Counted from the first letter of the stretch, positions 1-6,869 are shown. The stretch is DNA of 35,252 nt from Rhodothermales bacterium (GCA_038233965.1 JBBSUZ010000001.1:1-35252), one strand, 5' to 3'. The notes: a model not told the origin generated them from the letters alone. Numbers and translations are program-made.

Positions 1-82
1 AGCTCTGTTGGGGGTCCATCGTCATGTCGTCTCAGGTTGCCAGACCGGACGACGTTGACGTGGACCCCCTCCGTTTGTTGTC

Positions 83-1921
83 TCAGGGCCGGTTCACCGC
101 TTCGCGCACACCTACCTCGAATCCATCGGCTATGGAAAACTCGTCTGTGTACTTGTAGTCGCCCTGAACTGGCTTTCCTACAGGCGTTTCTCCGGTGATC
201 GCCGCCGTCACGCGGGGCTTGGTGATGTGCTCACAGATTCCCCACTGCTCCCACTCGGGATCACCGGGCCGGAGCCCCTGATTCTGGAGAGATGCCTGCT
301 CAGCGGCGGCGACCTCGTTGTTGGTCACGCAGATGCACTGGCGGCTTCCACCGTCCTGACGGTTCAGGCGCATGACGGCGTGCGTTGTAGTGCCGGAGCC
401 GGCGAAGAAGTCGAGGATGGTGGCGTGTGGCTTGTCGGCAACGAAGAACCTGAGACAGTCCTCGACGGCGTAGAGCGATTTCGGAAAGGGGAACTTGCGA
501 CCGGGTAGAATGGAGCTGAGAAGGCGGCTTCCACCGTTACCGGCGTCGTGAGCTGGTATACGCCAAACATCTGACGGCACGAAGACAGTTTCTTGTTCGG
601 AGGCGGCAGTAATAACAGATCCATCTGGTTTGTGGCCAAGAACTGGGAATTGTCCCTGCTCAACTTTTTCGCGCTCACCTTTGTTGAGATAGTACAGTGC
701 CGTACGCGATTCTCGCCACGGTCCTATCTTTGCATAACCTTGCTCAATAAGCTCTTTTATCCGTGACGGACTGTTTTGCCATGTACCGTCTGTTCCATCC
801 TTTCGTATCGGCCAAACGGCGACACAGCCAGGTGGAGTTGGCACCTCCAAAATATCTTCGCCATAATAGGAATCTCCTACGCCAGCAAAAATTGAGTGAT
901 CTATTTGTTTCTTTATAAAGATAGGATAAAAACTGTTCCTCCCATCCTCGCGCCTCGCGTTCGTTCCGTCGCGCCGCATAAGTCGCCAGCGAAGAATAAA
1001 TTTATTCTTTGTCTGTACTGGGTTCCAATCCTCTGGCAAGGCCTGGGGGATAGGCCTGGCAGTGCCTAAAAACACAAAGTAGATGTATTCTACCGATCGG
1101 GAAAATGTGCCCTTGCGGGGCACGCCCCCAGTATTGATCGATGAGCTTACCATTGTGATACGAGCACCCGCAAAGGTCTGTTCAAGTAGCAAACCTAGGC
1201 GCAAGTACTCCTTCTCATCAATCGTGACGATCAGAACGGAATCCACCGGGTTCAGCAGCTCCTTCGCGACAAAGAGCCGTCTCTCGATCATGGCGAGCCA
1301 CTTAGAGTGCCGATACAGGTCCTCTGTCTCCACATAGTCGTTGTTGTACTTCCAGTCCCGCGCCCCTGTGTTGTACGGTGGGTCGATGTAGATGACGTCG
1401 ACCTTTCCCCGGTGAGTGTAGGTGAGCGCCTTCAGCGCGTGGTAGTTCTCGCCGTTTATGACCGTGTGGTAGGGCTTGACGCCGCCGCGCTCGACCTTCC
1501 CGGTCGAGACGAGTCCAGGGTAGATGGTGTCCCGGAATTCGGCAACCACCACGAGGTCGTCGACCGACACGTCTCGGGTTTCTCGCTCAGCACTCCCGGC
1601 TATCTCGATCTGTGCGACCCTCGTACCGTCAGAGGCAGAGACAATCGTCTTGACATACCAGGGCCGCTGATCTCCCTTGTTCGTCGTCCCCCGCTCGAGC
1701 AGTACCCGCACTTTATCGCCTTTACGTACGGGTCGTTGCGGCAACTCGACAGCTTCTGGCCTGTGACGCTCGAAGTTTAGTCCGAAGGCGCGGCGTGACG
1801 AGAGTGCTCGGAACTCACGCTCTAGGTCCGCGCCTAGCTGCTGGTCCTTCGCTTTGGTCTGAGCGATTAGCTCCGTGAGTCGAGACACTTCAGCAAGGCG
1901 TGTGACGGTATTTCGGAACAT
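83..1921 (-). CDS. Site-specific DNA methyltransferase, beta-class N6-adenine/N4-cytosine, type III Mod-like
   Basis: 612-aa ORF. Catalytic motif IV VIYIDPPYNTG (DPPY at about aa 180) precedes AdoMet motif I FFAGSGTTTHAV (about aa 505), which is the beta-class order with the variable region between them. The blocks NGENYHALKAL, HSKWLAMIERRL and VTIDEKEY are typical of Mod-type enzymes. Confidence 0.9.
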   Translation of the reverse strand: MFRNTVTRLAEVSRLTELIAQTKAKDQQLGADLEREFRALSSRRAFGLNFERHRPEAVELPQRPVRKGDKVRVLLERGTTNKGDQRPWYVKTIVSASDGTRVAQIEIAGSAERETRDVSVDDLVVVAEFRDTIYPGLVSTGKVERGGVKPYHTVINGENYHALKALTYTHRGKVDVIYIDPPYNTGARDWKYNNDYVETEDLYRHSKWLAMIERRLFVAKELLNPVDSVLIVTIDEKEYLRLGLLLEQTFAGARITMVSSSINTGGVPRKGTFSRSVEYIYFVFLGTARPIPQALPEDWNPVQTKNKFILRWRLMRRDGTNARREDGRNSFYPIFIKKQIDHSIFAGVGDSYYGEDILEVPTPPGCVAVWPIRKDGTDGTWQNSPSRIKELIEQGYAKIGPWRESRTALYYLNKGEREKVEQGQFPVLGHKPDGSVITAASEQETVFVPSDVWRIPAHDAGNGGSRLLSSILPGRKFPFPKSLYAVEDCLRFFVADKPHATILDFFAGSGTTTHAVMRLNRQDGGSRQCICVTNNEVAAAEQASLQNQGLRPGDPEWEQWGICEHITKPRVTAAITGETPVGKPVQGDYKYTDEFSIADGFEVGVREAVNRP

Positions 1922-2259
1922 ACCCCGGCCGGAACGGGCAGAACGGCTTCATCTGCACAGAGCGACGTCACGCCAAGTACGCGGCGCAGTCCGTCTTCGC
2001 GCAAGCGTCCCGGCCGAGACAGCGCTCGCGGCGGCTGAAGGAACGCAACTTCGAGTCTGGCACGGATTTGCTTGCCCGGCTCCGCGAGACGCTGGCGGCC
2101 GCTCCTAAGCTTTGAGGCATCCACCAAATGCTGCGCCGCTGTTCGAGCAGACCATTCATGGAGACGGCGCGCTGGCACCACTCTCCATGTGGCATTGGAA
2201 GCGCGTCCCTGGAAAGAGAATGAGCGCAATTCTCAGGCCGGGGACAGAATCAGAATCGC

Positions 2260-2279
2260 CGTGTCTCAGCTGAGACACG
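2260..2279 (-). terminator. Perfect 20-bp palindrome CGTGTCTCAG/CTGAGACACG, possibly a terminator or operator
   Basis: Read directly from the sequence. On the minus strand it is followed by GCGATTCTGATTCTGT (moderately U-rich). It lies between the rep-like operon and the methyltransferase gene. Confidence 0.35.
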
Positions 2280-2720
2280 CTCTCTCATCCGCCCCATCAA
2301 CCGGCAGTGGTGCCTGGACGAGATCGGTCAGGTTGGGGACCTCGTCTTCGGCGTCGAGGTTGAGCATCTCCCTCTCGAAGGTGGGCGGCGTTGAGGCGGG
2401 CGTGTCGGGATCGCGCCTTCTCCACCGGGAGACGCGAAAGGCCATCCTCACAGGTTATCGGATGATGGAAGTTCAATGCTTGTCACTGGCCTTCCTCGCC
2501 CTGTCTGTCGACCTCAAAGTGACGACGGCCTGCGATGACGCTTCCTCCTTCCACCATGCGCTTGTGCAGTGGCACGCCGAGCCGTTTCAGGCTGCGCTGT
2601 GGGACCGAGGCTCCCGTCTGCCTCGGTGATCTTGTCTGGCTTCTTTGCCTGTCGATGCTGTCGCCACCCCGATTAATACCCTTTCCTCTCATCCTGTTGC
2701 CTTTGGTAGAGGAGCCTTTC

Positions 2721-2814
2721 AAAGAGAGGCTGCAGGAAGAAAGGGGGAGGGAGGAGGAAGGAGGAGAAGGGGAGAGAAGAGGGGGAAAGAGGAAGAAGGG
2801 GCAGGAAGGGGGAA
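2721..2814 (+). repeat. Polypurine/polypyrimidine tract (GA-rich on the plus strand)
   Basis: About 94 nt with only a handful of pyrimidines, including an uninterrupted purine run at 2734-2801 (aggaagaaagggggagggaggaggaagg...). Confidence 0.9.
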
Positions 2815-2850
2815 CTAGTTTGCCAAGCTCTCAACCCCTCCCAAGTGTCA

Positions 2851-2933
2851 AATGGCTCCCTGCGTCCTGAATTAGAGCTTTATGGCTCGTTTGGGACACG
2901 TGATATTTTTTAGTACTGGGCCCTGAATGGCTC
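2851..2933. repeat. Three direct WATGGCTC repeats flanking an AT-rich patch, iteron-like
   Basis: AATGGCTC at 2851-2858, TATGGCTC at 2881-2888 and AATGGCTC at 2926-2933. The AT-rich stretch tgatattttttagtact is at 2901-2917. All of this lies immediately 3' of the polymerase-like gene. Confidence 0.45.
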
Positions 2934-2937
2934 ACGG

Positions 2938-4617
2938 TTACAGGAAGGACTTCTCTTCGAGGATGAGCCCCCCGAGCGGGAGATTTGCCACTGCTGCCGC
3001 CTGGGCCACCGCGTCCGGCGGGATCTCGCCCTGAACAGCCAGACCGTCGTGTTCGTGCGACAGAACCACGAACCCAAAGTCCTTCGACGATGCCGCGAGC
3101 GCGTGAATGAAGGCCGCTTCCCGGCCCTGGAGCACGAACGCCACCAACCGCCCTCGGCGCTGCGTCCGTGAACGCCCGAGGTCCTCGACTGCCACCTTCG
3201 CCCCGACGGCGTTCGTGATGTAGGTGAGCCCGTCCACGTTGTTGACCTGCCCCTGAGCCTGAACGAGCTCGCGCTCGAGCCACGTGTACCACGTCCGCAG
3301 CGCGACTCGGAGGCCAGCCGTGTAGTCGAGGAACCGCTTGTGCGTCGCGACGAACTCGTCCGGACCGACGGCATTCAGGATCGTCTCCGTGACTGTCCCA
3401 CGGCTGACGCTAAACGAGTACACCTTCCGCGCACGCGGCCCACGTCCCCGTGAGGCCGTCCTGACGCCGACCTGACGGCTCATCGGCAGCAGGCGCGCCT
3501 GAGCTTCAGACGGGACGCCGGCGGCCATGAGGACGGCATAGAGCACCTTCTTCCATGTGTCCACGGGCAGGCCTACGTAGGCCGCCGCTTTGTCCTTTCC
3601 CTCAACAGCGTACCGTTCCAGCCACGACCCGTCGATCCCCGCCTCCTTGAGCAGCACGAGCAGGATCATGGCCTGGCTGGCACGAAGGTCGTAGTTGCGG
3701 AAGTTGGGCACGTTGGTGTAGGCGGCGACTTTCATCTCGCGGGTGCAGCTCTGGAGGCCACCGTCGATCTGCCCGAGCCGGCCGAACGCCTGCGCGGTCA
3801 TGGCCGGCTCGTATACCCAGAGGCCGTCAGGAGCATCCTTGTCGAGCGGGCGGGCGCTCTGCGCGTGCACGGCCTGTGCGCAGAGCAGGTCGTTGACATA
3901 GCGGCCATTCGCGGTTGCCCACTCCTTCTTGTCTTCCACGGGCGTTGCGTCGGCAATCGCCTTCATCTCGGCGACGTGCTTCCAGATCGCTGGAAGGTTG
4001 ATGACCGACGGGCCGACCGCGTCCATGGCGCGGCGAATGGGCCTCGGAAGGGCGTTGTTGCCCCGGCCCGTGCGGGTGGACTTGGTCTTCCGAGCCGTCG
4101 GCTTCCCTTGGACGACGTTGTACAGGCGGAACTTCGTAGTCGCGGTGTCGGGCGTCAGACCCGCCTCGGCGTAGCGGCGGCGGACGTCGAGCGGAACGCG
4201 GTACTCGCGGCAGAGCCCCCGAGCGATCGAGTGCTCCTTGACCTCGATGAAGCCCTCGTCGAGGAGATACTCCCAGTCGGCGTCTCGGAAGTAGCGCCGG
4301 ATGAACAGCGAGGAGATCGGGACGAACGAGTCGGCGATGCCCAGCGCTGTCTCCTCGTCCATGTCCGCGTCGTCGATGCTGACCGGCGAGAATCGGCGGG
4401 ACGTGAGGATATAGAGGAACAGGGCGCGAGTCTGCTGCTGCGTGTGCACCGAGATCTCGGCCACCACGCCATCGGCGAACAGCGACTGGCTGGCCGTACC
4501 CGGAATCCACGTTCTCGGCGGCCGGGTGCGGCCCAGCGGCTGGGTGCGGCCCAGCGGGCGGGTGCCCGAGCGTACGCTTTTGTAGCTCTGATCGTCGTCG
4601 TCGAAAATGCTAGCCAT
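2938..4617 (-). CDS. Putative replication protein with divergent family-A (Pol I-like) polymerase motifs and no recognisable exonuclease domain
   Basis: 559-aa ORF with normal amino-acid composition. Motif A-like FRNYDLRASQAMILLVLL (D310). Motif B-like VGLPVDTWKKVLYAVLMAAG (K356/K357). QG motif VLQGREAAFIHALA (Q497, compare PolA IQGSAADIIKLAM). Motif C-like VLSHEHDGLAV (H523-D524, compare VHDE). The order and the A-to-B spacing (about 46 aa) resemble PolA enzymes. Confidence 0.6.
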   Translation of the reverse strand: MASIFDDDDQSYKSVRSGTRPLGRTQPLGRTRPPRTWIPGTASQSLFADGVVAEISVHTQQQTRALFLYILTSRRFSPVSIDDADMDEETALGIADSFVPISSLFIRRYFRDADWEYLLDEGFIEVKEHSIARGLCREYRVPLDVRRRYAEAGLTPDTATTKFRLYNVVQGKPTARKTKSTRTGRGNNALPRPIRRAMDAVGPSVINLPAIWKHVAEMKAIADATPVEDKKEWATANGRYVNDLLCAQAVHAQSARPLDKDAPDGLWVYEPAMTAQAFGRLGQIDGGLQSCTREMKVAAYTNVPNFRNYDLRASQAMILLVLLKEAGIDGSWLERYAVEGKDKAAAYVGLPVDTWKKVLYAVLMAAGVPSEAQARLLPMSRQVGVRTASRGRGPRARKVYSFSVSRGTVTETILNAVGPDEFVATHKRFLDYTAGLRVALRTWYTWLERELVQAQGQVNNVDGLTYITNAVGAKVAVEDLGRSRTQRRGRLVAFVLQGREAAFIHALAASSKDFGFVVLSHEHDGLAVQGEIPPDAVAQAAAVANLPLGGLILEEKSFL

Positions 4618-4733
4618 TGGGCTGGAAGTTTGGCTCAGAGCGCCACCAGCGGAGCAGGACTCTGAGCTATGAGAAGGGGATGGGGAGATGGCGGCTGCCA
4701 GACGCGGCTAGCGCTCTGGCAGCCGAGATGGGG

Positions 4734-5060
4734 CTACGCCGGCACGCCGTTGATGAGCAGCGTCCCGACCTCGAAACGAGGTGCCAGCCGGCCGGAATCG
4801 AGCAGGTCAATGATCTCGCTGCACTCCTCGGGGCGCAGTTCGGAGATCTGTTCACGGAGAGCGTCCTTCGTGAGCAGATCCACGATCACCTCAGGCCCGC
4901 CACACTTCAAATCGAAATCCCTGTCGTCCAGGGTATAGATCAGCGCCTCGCCTGTGTGCATCGTACTGCCGATGATGAGGGAGTACGTCCCACCGTTCGG
5001 ATCAATGGCGATCAGGCCGCCCTTGGCCGGGATGTCTGCTGGCGCAGGAAAAACAAGCAT
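4734..5060 (-). CDS. Hypothetical protein (108 aa)
   Basis: ORF with balanced composition, lying between the HTH gene and the polymerase-like gene on the same strand. I recognise no motif. Confidence 0.55.
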   Translation of the reverse strand: MLVFPAPADIPAKGGLIAIDPNGGTYSLIIGSTMHTGEALIYTLDDRDFDLKCGGPEVIVDLLTKDALREQISELRPEECSEIIDLLDSGRLAPRFEVGTLLINGVPA

Positions 5061-5139
5061 CGTGCTGTATGGTCATGATGGTGCCGTCAGGCAGCATCGT
5101 GTGTATGCCGGTCCCCGTGTGGGCTCGGCGTGGAAGTCC

Positions 5140-5430
5140 TCACGCACCCGCCTGCCCAGCCAGCCGCGAGACGGCGTGGCGGGAGTAGTAAACTGACCGA
5201 CCGACGCGGCGCACCGGAAGAAGGCCCAGGCTGGCCCAGCGGCTCAGGGTCGTGCGATGCCGCCCGTAGAGCTTTGAGGCCACGGCCGGCGTGACCCACT
5301 CCTCACCCTCCGCGACATGCGTGAGGATGGTCGCCAGGTTGCGGCGAAGCGACCGCTCGACCGCCTGGTCCACGGAGGAATCGACGAGGGCGCGGAGCGC
5401 GCTTTGCGTCGTGATGATGATGTCGGGCAT
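5140..5430 (-). CDS. Excisionase/AlpA-type helix-turn-helix DNA-binding protein (MerR-superfamily HTH_17-like)
   Basis: 96-aa ORF. The segment WVTPAVASKLYGRHRTTLSRWASLGLLPVRRVGRSVYYSRHAV matches the typical Xis/AlpA HTH-plus-wing pattern. It is the first gene of the minus-strand operon in the element. Confidence 0.75.
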   Translation of the reverse strand: MPDIIITTQSALRALVDSSVDQAVERSLRRNLATILTHVAEGEEWVTPAVASKLYGRHRTTLSRWASLGLLPVRRVGRSVYYSRHAVSRLAGQAGA

Positions 5431-5485
5431 GGCCGAGCGGGTTGGGAGGTGGCCTAAGCTTCCCCCACACGACCCGCAACCGCTA

Positions 5486-5522
5486 CCCGGTTACCTCCCG
5501 ATTACCCCCCGGTTACCTCCCG
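5486..5522. repeat. Three 11-bp-phased direct repeats (CCCGGTTACCTCCCG, CCCGATTACCCCCCG, CCCGGTTACCTCCCG)
   Basis: Perfect 15-mers at 5486-5500 and 5508-5522, with a degenerate copy at 5497-5511. They sit 56-92 bp upstream of the HTH gene start (5430). On the coding strand they read GGGAGGTAACC / GGGGGGTAATC / GGGAGGTAACC. Confidence 0.6.
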
Positions 5523-5526
5523 TTTG

Positions 5527-5715
5527 GCTAGTGCAGCGCCTCGTGATATCTGACAGGTATCACCCCGATCCTTGTCATCCCGGACCCCGATCCGGGATCT
5601 GCCTTTTCCTACGATATGTCCCTGGAAAGGCAGATCCCGGGTCAAGCCCGGGATGACATGGTTTGGGTGTAGAGGATGATTTCACCCGTCACACTCGACG
5701 TGATGCTGCACTAGC
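5527..5715. repeat. 189-bp composite imperfect palindrome, MITE/REP-like or cruciform-forming
   Basis: Outer inverted 11-mers: GCTAGTGCAGC at 5527-5537 and GCTGCACTAGC at 5705-5715. Inner arms at 5573-5609 and 5624-5658 share TGTCATCCCGG and CGGGATCTGCCTTT blocks. Each arm also contains its own small hairpin (CCCGGA...TCCGGG and CCCGGG...CCCGGG). Confidence 0.6.
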
Positions 5716-5869
5716 GCTCGTCTTCGCTTATAGACGTCGGCTCTCCGAAGGCACCCGCCCGCTGAAATTTTAGCACGCTGTTTAGAGCTTTATCGTTAAA
5801 TGATTCGGGCCTTATCCCTTTATCTGTCATAAAAGTGCTCTGCTTCGATTCTGGATTTTCGCGAAGCAT
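5711..5869 (-). CDS. Possible small ORF (52 aa), hypothetical
   Basis: My manual translation of the minus strand gives MLRENPESKQSTFMTDKGIRPESFNDKALNSVLKFQRAGAFGEPTSISEDER. It lies in the AT-rich region downstream of the 233-aa ORF. There is no homology evidence and it is below the ORF-track length cut-off. Confidence 0.2.
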   Translation of the reverse strand: MLRENPESKQSTFMTDKGIRPESFNDKALNSVLKFQRAGAFGEPTSISEDER

Positions 5870-5965
5870 ATTTGAAAGCAATTTTGATATTATGGATACT
5901 GTTGCTGTGACGCCCCCATTGTAGTTTTCAACATAATAATTATATATTAGTCTGCCAATTATTAA

Positions 5966-6667
5966 TCATGCACTATTAGGGCCAAATCTATTACCGCTGA
6001 TAGCACTGCAGTACATAGGCGATACATCACCATATGTTTTTATGGTATTCGAATCAGAGCTGATCTCAGTCGCTTCACCTACTACTTCAGCTTCGTCCGG
6101 TACCTCCAGTATGAAGGGGCCCTCTGTGAGCCACATCTCATCAGTGCGGCGTCTTATCTCAGATTCGGCAGCTTTGAGACGGCCTGAAACGAGAGCAAGA
6201 TATTCTTTCGCTTCTTTAAGGTCTGTCTCCGCAGACCACAAGAAGTCGGCGGTCACTTTGGTCGCTTCGGCCCAATTAGCTCCTTCCTTGAATGTGCGGG
6301 AGTAGACCGCATTCCTCCTGCTACCGGGATACTCAACCTCGCAGGCCGCCGCATCTGCCCCTTCTTGTTCGAGTCGGCGTCGGACGGCCACCCCGGCGCT
6401 CCGAGCGCCGCGCACTTCGTCTGACAGCAATTGAACGCTCTTCACTGCGCTCGTCTTCAGCTGCGTCAACTCGTCGCGAAGGTCTCGTAGGTCTCCTAAG
6501 GACAGAGATGGGTCAATCACTGGATCGTCTGGAACCGGACGTGAGCCGGAGTCGAGTACCCAGGCATCGTAGCGCGCCTTGTACTTCGAAATGGAGATCC
6601 TCGTCCGCTCCTCCTGTTCCAGTCTAAGACGATCTGCCTCTTGCTTCTCTTCAGTTATTGAGCGCAT
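5966..6667 (-). CDS. Hypothetical protein (233 aa), AT-rich cargo gene
   Basis: ORF with a plausible, charged, coiled-coil-like composition. The opposite-strand ORFs here are Ser-rich junk. Its 3' half is far more AT-rich than the host. I recognise no motif. Confidence 0.65.
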   Translation of the reverse strand: MRSITEEKQEADRLRLEQEERTRISISKYKARYDAWVLDSGSRPVPDDPVIDPSLSLGDLRDLRDELTQLKTSAVKSVQLLSDEVRGARSAGVAVRRRLEQEGADAAACEVEYPGSRRNAVYSRTFKEGANWAEATKVTADFLWSAETDLKEAKEYLALVSGRLKAAESEIRRRTDEMWLTEGPFILEVPDEAEVVGEATEISSDSNTIKTYGDVSPMYCSAISGNRFGPNSA

Positions 6668-6869
6668 CAGGGTTGATGCCCGAGAGCGATGGAGTGTTCA
6701 GAATAGCCCAAGGTCTGCGCGAGTCCAGGCAGACCCGATGGCCGAGTTCTGACCCGGACAGGCGAGGCCACGAAGGCATCGAGATGGTTACCTTTGGCCA
6801 CAGCGTTGACGACTATGCTCCTGCTGCCCACAAGTTCTTGCAAGACAGGGGTATAAGTGCAAGGGTTTG

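Larger units (their letters stand above)
1..6869. mobile_element. Partial integrative/satellite-like element adjacent to the tRNA-Val 3' end (left boundary outside the window, no integrase seen)
   Basis: There is a sharp composition break relative to the ~70% GC host region that starts at the tRNA genes. The block contains an Xis/AlpA-type HTH gene, a polymerase-like replication gene, ori-like repeats, a DNA methyltransferase and AT-rich ORFs of unknown function, all on the minus strand. It ends directly at the 3' end of tRNA-Val (6870). Confidence 0.55.

Noticed and set aside
1-25. A minus-strand ATG at nt 25 (MTMDPQQS...) that may start the gene downstream of the methyltransferase, such as a Res subunit.
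   Set aside because: Only 8 codons are visible before the window edge. That is too little to call a feature, so I mention it only as a pointer under the methyltransferase finding.
2266-2722. Small minus-strand ORFs at 2266-2451 (61 aa) and 2483-2722 (79 aa), considered as antitoxin or regulator genes of the element.
   Set aside because: Both have basic, low-complexity N-termini, no recognisable fold motif and alternative-start dependence, and they overlap equally long plus-strand ORFs. The evidence does not support annotating them as CDS. I discuss the region as apparently non-coding.
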